Source: an uncultured bacterium (GTDB lineage: Bacteria; Acidobacteriota; Thermoanaerobaculia; Multivoradales; JAHZIX01). From it: DNA of 19,075 nt. Below the pieces are notes generated by a model. That model did no database searches. It saw nothing but the letters and a program-made list of their open reading frames with translations, and was not told the DNA's origin. How positions within the stretch are numbered: position 1 is the stretch's first letter; every line of letters starts with the position of its first letter. This document shows positions 1 to 8,210 of the stretch, piece by piece. Location: positions 1 through 19,075 of the forward strand of contig CBDUPA010000043.1 in NCBI GenBank assembly GCA_965368975.1. The letters are read 5' to 3'. The position numbers were made by a program, and so were the translations under genes.

Positions 1-90
1 GGCGGTGTCCCTGTCGGCGGTGTCCCTGTCGGCGGTGTCCCTGTCGGCGGTGTCCTTGTTGGCGGTGTCTTTGTCGGCGGTGTCGCTGGT
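1..90. repeat. 15-bp in-frame tandem repeat (GGCGGTGTCCCTGTC x3 plus 3 degenerate copies) encoding DTADK/DTANK/DTADR
   Basis: Units at 1, 16 and 31 are identical; those at 46, 61 and 76 are degenerate. The array may continue left of the window. Confidence 0.95.
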
Positions 91-891
91 GGCGAGGAGC
101 TGGTACACGCGGTAGCGCAGCTGGCGCAGTTCCAGCTGATCGTCGATCGCCTGCCGGTCGTCGAACAGGCGCTCTTCTCGTCGCACCTCGTAGTTCTCGT
201 AGCGCAGCAGGCCGAGGTCGCGGATCACGAACTCGCTCCAGTCCTGGTTCAAGTTGCCGAAGAACAGCAGGCGCAGGAGCAGCAGAACGTCTTCGCCCCT
301 TGGCCGCACGAGAGGGACCTTGCGCGCCAGCGCCAGTTGCAAGTCGGCTGGTTCGACAGCGCCCTGCAGTCGCGCCAGCAGGGCTCCTTTGCGCTCTCCC
401 TTGGCGGGTGGGTCGAGGTCGAACTCGGCGAGTAGCTGCTTGATCTCCGCCCGCAGCAGCATCACCAGAGCCTCTGCCAGCGTGGCATTGTCCGTGGGCT
501 GCTTCTTGGGTTGGCGATGCGCGTCTCGCAGGCTCTCCTGCGCGAGACCGAGTTGCACCAACCCGTAGTGTTCCAGCTCGGTGAGGGCGGCGTCGAGGTC
601 AGGGATCTCGGCGTAGCGCAGGCGGTCTCGACGCAGGAAAGGGCCCTTGCGCGACGTCAGCCGGACGTAGAGCCGGCGGGCGTGCAGGGAGGCGGCGCGG
701 AAGCGGTCGAGAAAGTCTTGTTCCGGCGGTCGCAGGAGGTCCGCATAGCGGATCTCGACGGACTCCAGGACGCGCTCGAAGTTGTCCAGGTAGTAGCCGC
801 GTGGCAGGCGTCTCTGTGGCTCGTCCGTCTCGATCGAGACGGGGATCGCCTTCGGATCTGGACGTTCTTCAGGGTGTTGGGCACGAGCCAT
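1..891 (-). CDS. FAN1-like (VRR-NUC family) structure-specific nuclease, N-terminal 297 codons; 3' end lies outside the window
   Basis: Hand translation from ATG at 891 stays open to position 1: MARAQHPEE...RGYYLDNFERVL...RYADLL...ARRLYVRLTSRKGPFLRRDRLRYAEIPD...LLFFGNLNQDWSEFVIRDLGLLRYENY. These motifs match the N-terminal half of bacterial FAN1 homologues. The ORF track misses it because there is no stop in the window. The catalytic VRR-NUC domain is not visible. Confidence 0.85.
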   Translation of the reverse strand, partial: MARAQHPEERPDPKAIPVSIETDEPQRRLPRGYYLDNFERVLESVEIRYADLLRPPEQDFLDRFRAASLHARRLYVRLTSRKGPFLRRDRLRYAEIPDLDAALTELEHYGLVQLGLAQESLRDAHRQPKKQPTDNATLAEALVMLLRAEIKQLLAEFDLDPPAKGERKGALLARLQGAVEPADLQLALARKVPLVRPRGEDVLLLLRLLFFGNLNQDWSEFVIRDLGLLRYENYEVRREERLFDDRQAIDDQLELRQLRYRVYQLLATSDTADKDTANKDTADRDTADRDTADRDTA

Positions 892-943
892 GACGGTTCA
901 CTGTACCACCTGTTTCCGCCTCCTTACCGCTTGCTGAGTGTGC

Positions 944-3415
944 TCAGTTCCTGGGCCGAGAGCGTAGCAGTCCGGCGCAGATCGCCAGACCGAGGAGGCT
1001 GAGCCCTACGCCTCCGAGGAGTCCGGGCTGTCGGTAGGACAGCACCAATCGGTGCTCGCCGGCAGGGGCTTCGACGGCCACCTGACCGCTGGCCGTGGCG
1101 TGGACCTCGATGCTCGTGGTCTCGACGCGTGCACGCCAGCCAGCGTCGAACGTACGAGCAAAGACCAGGAAGACGGGGTCGGGACCCTCGCTACGGTAGT
1201 CGACCTCGACGCGGTGACCGCGGTCGGCTACCGCGAGCAGCCGCGGGCGCGGTGTGTAAGCGTACTGGTCGGTGGCACACGCGGAGCACACGACGTGCTC
1301 GAGCCAGGGAAAGCGGTAGCCATCGGCGCGCGCGGCTTGCAGGGCTGCATCGGCGTCGTCGTGGAAGCGGACCTCGGGCACCGGGCGAACGCGCGGCAGG
1401 CGGAAGGGGCTGGGGCGCAGCTCGACCGGTGGCACGGGCGTGCCGGTTGCTTGGGCCTGCAGCAGCTCCTCGAGCGGCCGATTGCGCAGCAAGGTTCCGA
1501 CCGACCAGGCACCGAGTAGACGCAGAGCTCGCGGCTGGTTCTGCTGCCAGTCGTCGCGCAGCTGCGCGAGGTTGCGCTGTCCCCAATGGGTGAGCATGCG
1601 GTCGTAGTCCGGGTGGAACACATAGTCGAGGCCCCACAGGGTGCCGAGATAGGGTTCTAGTCGCTCGATCGCCAGGTACATGCGCCCCAGCTCTGCTGGG
1701 CTCTTCTGCTGCCCGTCGGATCGACGCACGTACAGGTCGGGATGGGCGAGCGTTGGTAAGTCGCTGAACAGACGCCCTCCTTCGGCGAAGGCCTGCCGTG
1801 CCGCGGCCGGTGGCTCGGTGAGTCGGCTGAGCGGCAAGAGGCGCTGCGTGCCGCGAGCATGGACACCGAGGTCGAGACAGACCAGCAGCAGTGCACTGAC
1901 CGCCAGCGCGCGGGTCGAGCCGCGTCCGGAGCCGCGTCCGGACCACAGCCAGGCGAGCCAGCCGAGGCTGGCGGCGGCCCACAGTGTCGCCCACAGCCAT
2001 TGCGACTGTAGCCAGGCGGCCGCGAAGTCGAGGGTGTCGGCCGACGGCGTGAGCAGGCTACCGCGAGAGACCAAGGCCCGCGACCAGTCCGGGAAGAGCC
2101 ACAGCAGCAGGGCGATGGTCGCGGTGATGGTGGTGACGACCGCGGCGAAGCCCAGGGGTAGCAGGGCCCGGCCGTGCTTTGCGCGTGACGCGCCTGCGTG
2201 CGTGGCGTCGCGCTCGCGCAGCAGAAGCTCCAGGCCCAGGACGCCAGCGAGGCCGAGTACCAACACGGTGACCAGGATGAACTTCTCCGGATAGCGCACC
2301 AGGTTGAGTGGTGGTAGTTGCTGCAGCCAGGGGAAGACTGGCAGGTGTCGCCCCAGTGCTAGCAGCAAGCCGATTCCGGCGGTCAGGCGCCAGGCGAGGA
2401 CTCTTGGCACCTTCCAGCGCAGCAGTGCGCACAGGCCGAGCAGCGCGAGCAGCAGACCCGGATAGATCGAGATGACGTAGGGGAAGTTACCGTCGTGCAG
2501 GTGACTGCCGAAGTAGAGGCCAGCCTCGGCACGGTTCGGGTCTCCGTGCACATGCGGCCAGAACACCTCGGCCAGGCGTGCAGGTGCCATCGACCAGGTG
2601 CCCGCCTCGGCCACGAAGGCGGGATCACTGCGCGCGGTCTCCGTCAACCGTAGCGCCGTCGGCACAAGCTGGATGCCGGCCAGCAGCGCGGCCAGCAGGG
2701 CGACGCTGACGAGACGGACCAGCACGGCGCGCGTTGCCCTCAGGGCTGAGGTTGAAAGGGCCGGCGTGTCGGGACTGCGGGTGCGTAGAGTATCGACAGC
2801 CAGGGCAGCCAGCGTCAGGCCGCTGAGAAAGACCGTGACCGGCTCGCCGGCGAGCAATTGCAGCGTCAGGCCGGCTGCCGTTATCGCCGTCCAGCGCCGA
2901 GCCGTGGTGGCGTCCGTGGCGCGCCAAGTACGATCCCCCCAGAGCGTGATCCAGGGCCACCAGGCGAGGCCACAGAAGAGGGTGAAGGTGTTGGTCGAGG
3001 CCGCGACGGCGCCGCCGCCGGTGAAGGCGACGACCGCCAGCACGGCCAACACCGGTCGGCATCCCAGGTGACGCGCCAGCGCGCTGGCTCCTGCCATGCC
3101 GAGCAGGGCGTGCAGCAGGAGTGTCAGGTGCAGGGCCCGTGCTGGCGGCAGTGGCAGGGTCAGCCAGGTGGCGGGATAGAACGCCGCGTAGTTGGGATTC
3201 GACAGAATCGGCTGGCCGCCGTGCAGTGCCGCGTCCCAGCGGGGCAGACCTTGCTCCGCGATCGCCTGCTGCAGGTTGGTGCGTAGCGGCAGATGGAAGC
3301 GGGGCAGGTCGCGCACGGCCAAGACGCCCCCGGGAGCCAGCAACGGGCCATAGAAGACAAGCAGCAACGCCAGGCCACCGGCCAGTTGCAGGCCGCGGCG
3401 TCCCGAGGCGGTCAA
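944..3415 (-). CDS. YfhO-family polytopic membrane protein (GT-C-fold glycosyltransferase-like), about 823 aa
   Basis: Motifs include RDLPRFHLP...GLPRWD...GGQPILSNPNYAAFYP, QLLAGEP, QLVPT, VRYPEKF and a C-terminal FARTFDAGWRA...AGEHRLVLSY, with many TM segments. Start placed at TTG 3415, which overlaps the pilin stop (TTGA). The ORF-track start at 3439 is in the same frame. Confidence 0.8.
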   Translation of the reverse strand: MTASGRRGLQLAGGLALLLVFYGPLLAPGGVLAVRDLPRFHLPLRTNLQQAIAEQGLPRWDAALHGGQPILSNPNYAAFYPATWLTLPLPPARALHLTLLLHALLGMAGASALARHLGCRPVLAVLAVVAFTGGGAVAASTNTFTLFCGLAWWPWITLWGDRTWRATDATTARRWTAITAAGLTLQLLAGEPVTVFLSGLTLAALAVDTLRTRSPDTPALSTSALRATRAVLVRLVSVALLAALLAGIQLVPTALRLTETARSDPAFVAEAGTWSMAPARLAEVFWPHVHGDPNRAEAGLYFGSHLHDGNFPYVISIYPGLLLALLGLCALLRWKVPRVLAWRLTAGIGLLLALGRHLPVFPWLQQLPPLNLVRYPEKFILVTVLVLGLAGVLGLELLLRERDATHAGASRAKHGRALLPLGFAAVVTTITATIALLLWLFPDWSRALVSRGSLLTPSADTLDFAAAWLQSQWLWATLWAAASLGWLAWLWSGRGSGRGSTRALAVSALLLVCLDLGVHARGTQRLLPLSRLTEPPAAARQAFAEGGRLFSDLPTLAHPDLYVRRSDGQQKSPAELGRMYLAIERLEPYLGTLWGLDYVFHPDYDRMLTHWGQRNLAQLRDDWQQNQPRALRLLGAWSVGTLLRNRPLEELLQAQATGTPVPPVELRPSPFRLPRVRPVPEVRFHDDADAALQAARADGYRFPWLEHVVCSACATDQYAYTPRPRLLAVADRGHRVEVDYRSEGPDPVFLVFARTFDAGWRARVETTSIEVHATASGQVAVEAPAGEHRLVLSYRQPGLLGGVGLSLLGLAICAGLLRSRPRN

Positions 3416-3954
3416 TTGTTGGCTAGGCCCTCGGGCCAACGAAGGAAGAAACCATCGGTCCAGACGATGTCCTGATTGTAGTCAGTCGGTACGAAGCCTC
3501 CCGGGACGTAGCTGTCGCTGTCCGCGGTACCGTATCGACCGAAGCTGCGAATGCCTAGCACACGTGAGCCTCCAGGATTGCCGACGTTGATCCGATAGTC
3601 GTAGGCGTTCTGCCAACCATCGCGCTGAGGCACCTCCTGGATATAGACCGGAATCAGCAAGGACCTGATGTCACCGAGGGCAATCGCGGTGTAGTCGCTG
3701 GTAAAGGCGATTGTCTGACTGGCGCCGGCTGCGGCAGCTCCGCTCTGGTCGGTGAGCCAGGCCATCATCGCGGTTCCGACCAAGCGCTGATCAGCGACGG
3801 TTTTCTTCTGCTTCGCTTTCTGCAAGGCGTTGAGCATGTTGGGGATCAGGATGGCGGCAATGATGCCGATGATCGCGACCACGATCAGCAGTTCGATCAA
3901 GGTGAAACCGCTGCGCTGGCTGCGCGCGGTACGAAGACGAATCTCCCTAAGCAT
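3412..3954 (-). CDS. Type IV pilin / GspG-like pseudopilin, copy 2 (180 aa)
   Basis: Class III signal peptide SG|FTLIELLIVVAIIGIIAAILIPN with E5 and P22. GspG-like DGWQNAY and SFGRYG motifs. SD AAGGAG upstream of the ATG. Confidence 0.93.
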   Translation of the reverse strand: MLREIRLRTARSQRSGFTLIELLIVVAIIGIIAAILIPNMLNALQKAKQKKTVADQRLVGTAMMAWLTDQSGAAAAGASQTIAFTSDYTAIALGDIRSLLIPVYIQEVPQRDGWQNAYDYRINVGNPGGSRVLGIRSFGRYGTADSDSYVPGGFVPTDYNQDIVWTDGFFLRWPEGLANN

Positions 3955-4015
3955 GATATCTCCTTGTGAGGATGTCTGGAGGTGAGGTGTCTTGGCTCCA
4001 GGTAGGATCCTCTAT

Positions 4016-4031
4016 AGCAAGATCTGTGCCT
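4016..4031 (-). promoter_or_regulatory. Sigma54 (-24/-12) promoter for pilin copy 2
   Basis: Minus strand reads AGGCAC-AGATC-TTGCT, matching the TGGCAC-N5-TTGCW consensus with exact GG-N10-GC spacing, about 60 bp upstream of the start. Confidence 0.8.
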
Positions 4032-4094
4032 CCCTACGGAACACCTTGAACCCTATGTAGATAGGTGAATTTCATTTCACCTCCTCTTCACCCT

Positions 4095-4166
4095 TGACAC
4101 TTTTTGGCGGCCTCCAGTGCAAAAATAGGAATTATCATATTGAGTGTCGTCTGTCCAGGCTTGGCA
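4095..4166. promoter_or_regulatory. Candidate upstream activator (enhancer) sites for pilin copy 2
   Basis: TGACACT..TGGCG (4095), AGTGTCG (4143) and GCTTGGCA (4159) recur at similar offsets upstream of the other pilin promoter. Confidence 0.45.
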
Positions 4167-4272
4167 AGAGGAAGAAAAGATTTCCAATGATGAATGATTG
4201 TAACTGCGAGCCTTCCGGTTTTTTCAATGCGAGGCGCCATGGTACCCCTGGGTCCGTGCCGTCCTGATGGTC

Positions 4273-5685
4273 TCAGGGAGCCAGCGCGCAGGCACGGATC
4301 AACTCCGTCATCAGCTCGACGCCGGCATCGAATCGATCCAGCGAGATGCGTTCGTCGAAGCCGTGGATGCCCTGCAACTCGGCCAGTTCGAGAGCGAACG
4401 GCCAGACGCCATAAGCGGGGATGCCGCGCAATCGAAAGTAGCGCGAGTCGGTGAAGCCCGAGATGAAGGCCGGTACCACCGGAGCCCGCTCGCCGAGTAC
4501 TTGAGCCACTCGCCGGTAGACGTCGCCGTCGGTCGGCGAAGCCGGTATCGGCGGCGAACCGAGCAGCACCTCGATGTCGACGCTGTCGCCCAGGTGGTTC
4601 CGCACATCGTCGAGAAAGGCGGTCTCGTCGGTGTCTGGCAGCAACCGGATGTCGATACGGGCCTCGGCACTGGATGGGATGGAGTTGATGCGGTCGCCTG
4701 CTGCAAGGACGGTGATCTGGATGGTGTCGAGGAAGCTGTTGGGGCTGCCGACCGGTGCCGTCAAGCCGTCATCGCCGACGTGGTCGTCGATGTGGGCGTA
4801 GAGATCGGCCATGGTGGGGTTCTGCAGCGGTGCCAGGGCGTGGAAGTACGCGCGCACCGGTGGTGAAACGCGGAAGCGCAGCGGCCGCTGACGTAGACCG
4901 TAGAGCGCGTCGATCAGCTGGTGGTTGGCGCTGTGCGGATTGAAGCCGGAGGCGTGGCCGGTGCGGCCAGTGGCCGTGACGCGCAACCACAATGGACGCT
5001 TCTGAGCCACCTCGATACCCCACCAGCGTACTTGACCGCTCACCGTGCGATTGCTGCCGCCCTCGTTGAACACCGCGTCGACGCCTTCGAACAGCTCGCC
5101 GTGGTGGTCGAGTAGCCAGGCTGTGCCGCGTCCACCGCCGTTCTCTTCGTCGGCGACCGCCAGGAACACGACGTCTCGCTGCAGCTCGGCGCCGCTGCGC
5201 TGCAGGTCGACTAGGGCCGCCAGGTGCGCGATGCCCAGGCCCTTGGTGTCCACCGTGCCGCGACCCCACAGGGCGCCGTCGCGCACCTCACCAGCGAACG
5301 GGTCGACCTGCCAGTCTTCGGCTGTCGCTGGCACGACATCCATGTGGTGCATCAGCACCAGCGGTCCGGCGGTCGGCTGGCGAGCACGCAGGCGGGCGTA
5401 GAGATTGGTTCGTCCCTCGGGCGTCACCAGTAGCTGGAGCTCGATACCTTCCCGCCGCAGGAGCCGCGCCAGGAAGGCGCTGGCCTGGTGCTCGTTGCCG
5501 GGAGGGTTGGTGGTGTCGATGCGCACGTAGTCGCGCAACCACGCTGCCGCTTCGGAGAGTGCAGGCTCGCTGGCCTGGGCGTCCGCCCCCACGAGTGCCG
5601 GGGCGCTCAGCAGGAGCCCGAACAGCAGGGTCGAAGAGAGCGTGGTCGAGACGAGGCGGGTGGTGCGGTGGCGAAGGCTGGTCAT
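4273..5685 (-). CDS. Exported M20-family metallopeptidase/amidohydrolase (M20-A, about 470 aa, all metal ligands present)
   Basis: Motifs HHMDVV, GRGTVDTKG, ADEENGG, NEGG, GHAS, TDSRYF and IHGFDE. Signal-peptide-like N-terminus from ATG 5685 (MTSLRHR...LLFGLLLSAPALVGADAQA). The ORF-track TTG at 5775 lies in the upstream terminator tail. Confidence 0.92.
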   Translation of the reverse strand: MTSLRHRTTRLVSTTLSSTLLFGLLLSAPALVGADAQASEPALSEAAAWLRDYVRIDTTNPPGNEHQASAFLARLLRREGIELQLLVTPEGRTNLYARLRARQPTAGPLVLMHHMDVVPATAEDWQVDPFAGEVRDGALWGRGTVDTKGLGIAHLAALVDLQRSGAELQRDVVFLAVADEENGGGRGTAWLLDHHGELFEGVDAVFNEGGSNRTVSGQVRWWGIEVAQKRPLWLRVTATGRTGHASGFNPHSANHQLIDALYGLRQRPLRFRVSPPVRAYFHALAPLQNPTMADLYAHIDDHVGDDGLTAPVGSPNSFLDTIQITVLAAGDRINSIPSSAEARIDIRLLPDTDETAFLDDVRNHLGDSVDIEVLLGSPPIPASPTDGDVYRRVAQVLGERAPVVPAFISGFTDSRYFRLRGIPAYGVWPFALELAELQGIHGFDERISLDRFDAGVELMTELIRACALAP

Positions 5686-5773
5686 GGTGCGCTTCCAGGG
5701 CGGTCTGGTGGATGGAGAGCCTGATCCGTGGTGCAGGTGGCCCGGCTGTCTGGGCGACCTCGAAGGAGTCGGC

Positions 5774-5810
5774 AAAAAAAATGAGCGCTGCCGAAGCAGC
5801 GCTCATTTTT
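5774..5810 (-). terminator. Intrinsic terminator downstream of pilin copy 1
   Basis: Minus strand ATGAGCGCTGC-TTCG-GCAGCGCTCAT followed by a T-run: an 11-bp perfect stem with a UUCG tetraloop. A/T tracts on both sides, so possibly bidirectional. Confidence 0.92.
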
Positions 5811-5848
5811 ACACGCGGCGATCCGCGGACCGCCGGAGGGTTTAGCCC

Positions 5849-6382
5849 TTAGTTCTGACCCTGCGGCCAGCGAACGAAGAAGCCATCAGCCCAGACGATG
5901 TCCTGAGCGTAGTCGGTCGGGGTGAAGGAGCCAGCGGTGTAGGTGCTGGTCGAGGAACGGTCGCGGCCGCCGCTGATGATGGCCATGACCTGCTCGTCGA
6001 GAACCTGCGAACCGGTCTTCAGGTAGAAGACGTAGTTGTTGTTCCAGCCGTCCACGCAGGGGACCTTCTGGATGTACTGGCTCACCAGCAGGCCAGTGAG
6101 GACGCTGCAATCACGGGCGGTGCCGTAGTCGGAAGTGGCCCAGGAGCCACCGGTGCCGCTGGCACCCGCCGCGGCGGCGCCGACCTGGTCGGTCAGCCAG
6201 GACATCTCGGCGGTGCCAAGGTTGCGCTCGTCAGCGACGGTGCGCTTTTGCTTGGCCTTCTGCAGGGCATCCAGGAAGTTCGGGATGAGCAGCGCAGCGA
6301 TGATGCCAATGATGGCGACAACGATGAGCAGCTCGATCAGGGTGAAACCCTTGTTGTTGCGGTTACGGAGCTTCGTCAGCAT
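5849..6382 (-). CDS. Type IV pilin / GspG-like pseudopilin, copy 1, probably the major subunit (177 aa)
   Basis: KG|FTLIELLIVVAIIGIIAALLIPNF, DGWNNNY and SGGRD motifs, and two Cys. Strong SD AGAGGAGG, its own sigma54 promoter and terminator, and mostly C/G-ending codons. Confidence 0.93.
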   Translation of the reverse strand: MLTKLRNRNNKGFTLIELLIVVAIIGIIAALLIPNFLDALQKAKQKRTVADERNLGTAEMSWLTDQVGAAAAGASGTGGSWATSDYGTARDCSVLTGLLVSQYIQKVPCVDGWNNNYVFYLKTGSQVLDEQVMAIISGGRDRSSTSTYTAGSFTPTDYAQDIVWADGFFVRWPQGQN

Positions 6383-6460
6383 TTGGTAAACCCTCCTCTG
6401 GTCTCTGTCTTGAGCCTACGCGGGTCGATCCGTCGTAGGACTGTCGGGACTTGTGATTAG

Positions 6461-6477
6461 TGCAGGAAGCGTGCCAG
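6461..6477 (-). promoter_or_regulatory. Sigma54 (-24/-12) promoter for pilin copy 1
   Basis: Minus strand CTGGCAC-GCTTC-CTGCA with exact GG-N10-GC spacing, about 80 bp upstream of the ATG. Confidence 0.8.
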
Positions 6478-6539
6478 TTCGAGAACTCCCTATTCCTCGG
6501 GGCTTGGAGCGATCAGCTCGGCCGGTTTCCGACAATCCG

Positions 6540-6609
6540 TGACACTGATGGCGAGTGGGCTGACACTTCTTGTTGCGGTGTCGGCGGTACCCAGTGTCGA
6601 AGCTTGGCA
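6540..6609. promoter_or_regulatory. Candidate upstream activator (enhancer) sites for pilin copy 1
   Basis: TGACACT at 6540 and 6561, a GACAC-N11-GTGTC inverted pair, AGTGTCG at 6593 and GCTTGGCA at 6602. Several of these are shared with the pilin 2 upstream region. Confidence 0.45.
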
Positions 6610-6708
6610 TTGACGAGGAGTGGGTGCTGGCAGGCGTCCAGGCTCTAGACTGTCAATTCACTGCGGTGCCGTCAAGACGATGGGGGAGACGCGGTCGTTG
6701 ATGCTGCG

Positions 6709-8181
6709 CTACCACAGCTGCAGCTCGGGGTCCATCAGCCGTTGCAGCAGGTCGGCATAGATGTGGGCGCCGTCGACGAAGCCCGGCAGTGCCACCCGTT
6801 CGTTCGGCTTGGAGCCGGTCAGGGTATCGGGGGTCAGGATGAAGAACGGCGAGAAACCGTAGCTCGGGATGTCGTAGGCGCGGTAGAAACGGGAGTCCGT
6901 GGCGGTCCAGGGCAGGAAGAAAGGGCCCGGCGTGACGCCCGGGTGGCGTTCGGTCACCAGGTCGGCGATCAGGCCCAGGACCGGGTGGTCGGTGGGCGAG
7001 CCGTGCGCCGCGGCGTGATTGTCTTCGACCACCACGTCGAAGCCGTGCAGCATCCAGTCGGGCACCACGCGGCGGCGGGTGGTCTCGAAATCCGCGCCGG
7101 GCAACAGGTGGACCTTGACGTTCATCTGGAAGTAGCCCTCGCGTTCTTCGACCGGGAAAGCGATCTTCTCGTCGCGCAGCATCGCCTGTAGGTAGACCGG
7201 TAGTTGTTCGAAGGCATTGATATCGGTCAGCAAGGCTTGCGGATCCGCCAGCAGGTTTTGCAGCGAAGTGGCGTTGCGCGTGGTGGCGTAGGTCGGCCAC
7301 ATCGCCGCGACCTCGTCGGTCAGGCGCAGGTTGGTGACTTCGTGTGGCGTCGTGTTGATCAGGGTGCGGAGTTCTTCGAGCCGCTCGCGGTCGGAGCTGC
7401 AGACCTGCAGGTCGACGAACCGCTTCTGACCGATCTCAGTGCCCCAGAACTTGGCCTGCTCGGTGTTCACCGCTTCCACCACGCCGCCTTCGGTGAGCAC
7501 CAAGCCAAAGCGCTCGACCAACTCGGGGTGGTTGCGCAGCACCCAGCGCGAGCCGAAGTCGCTGCCGCGTTCTTCGCTGCTGGTGGCCAGGTAGATCACC
7601 GAGCGTGTCAACGGCGTGCCGCTGCGCTTGAGTTCGAGCATCGCCCATAGTTGGGCGATGGCGATGCTCTTCATGTCGAAAGCACCGCGGCCATAGATCC
7701 AGGGTGGCTCGACGGTGCCCGAGAACGGCGGCAGGCGCCAGGAGTCGGGACGGAAGATCGGCTCGACGTCGATGTGGTGGTGCAGCACGATGGCGCGCGG
7801 ATCTTCGCCCTCGAGCACCGCCCACAGATTGGCCCGCCGCTCGCCCAGGCGCTCCAGCTGATAGGGGATGCTGGCCGCTTCGAATTGCCGCGCCAAGTAC
7901 TCGGCGCCCTCTTGCTCGTTGCCGTCGACGACATTGGTGTCGACCTGCAGGTAGCCCTGGAACAGCTGTACTTCGGGCATGGATTCCCAGTCGACCTCGT
8001 ACCAGGCCTGGGATTCTTCCAGGTCGATGGTGCCGCGCAGGAAAACGTTGTTGGTCAGGTGCACCGCGACAGCGGCGAAGACGCCCGACAGCAGCAAGCT
8101 GCCGTACAGGGCGATGCGAGCGCTGCGGCGATGCCAGCGTTCGATCGGGCTACGGGTCGGCGAAGTGGCGGCGGGGAACAT
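6709..8181 (-). CDS. Membrane-anchored M20-family metallohydrolase paralogue (M20-B, 490 aa) with a degenerate active site
   Basis: N-terminal hydrophobic helix IALYGSLLLSGVFAAVAV. HHHIDVEP, GRGAFDMKS, SSEERGS, TEGG and TDSRFY are present. The GHAS loop is absent and the C-terminal His is replaced (GSKPNE). Confidence 0.9.
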   Translation of the reverse strand: MFPAATSPTRSPIERWHRRSARIALYGSLLLSGVFAAVAVHLTNNVFLRGTIDLEESQAWYEVDWESMPEVQLFQGYLQVDTNVVDGNEQEGAEYLARQFEAASIPYQLERLGERRANLWAVLEGEDPRAIVLHHHIDVEPIFRPDSWRLPPFSGTVEPPWIYGRGAFDMKSIAIAQLWAMLELKRSGTPLTRSVIYLATSSEERGSDFGSRWVLRNHPELVERFGLVLTEGGVVEAVNTEQAKFWGTEIGQKRFVDLQVCSSDRERLEELRTLINTTPHEVTNLRLTDEVAAMWPTYATTRNATSLQNLLADPQALLTDINAFEQLPVYLQAMLRDEKIAFPVEEREGYFQMNVKVHLLPGADFETTRRRVVPDWMLHGFDVVVEDNHAAAHGSPTDHPVLGLIADLVTERHPGVTPGPFFLPWTATDSRFYRAYDIPSYGFSPFFILTPDTLTGSKPNERVALPGFVDGAHIYADLLQRLMDPELQLW

Positions 8182-8210
8182 CGGTAGAATGCCTCAGGAA
8201 GGTGGAGAAT

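Noticed and set aside
254-1002. Plus-strand ORFs 254-568 and 511-1002
   Set aside because: They are shadows of the minus-strand FAN1-like gene, which carries recognisable motifs.
5686-5775. N-terminal extension of M20-A from TTG 5775
   Set aside because: It starts in the terminator T-tract and would bury the signal peptide that begins at ATG 5685.
5849-6382. Pilin 1 as an electrically conductive e-pilin (about 10% aromatic residues by hand count; F1, F24, W50)
   Set aside because: There is no aromatic at position 27 and a 25-residue aromatic-free gap, and pilin 2 also lacks F24. No cytochrome genes are nearby, and the e-pilus criteria are themselves disputed.
7704-8210. 169-aa N-terminal extension of the GT-C ORF
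   Set aside because: It is antisense to M20-B and low-complexity Arg/Pro-rich. A good SD and ATG exist at 8211.
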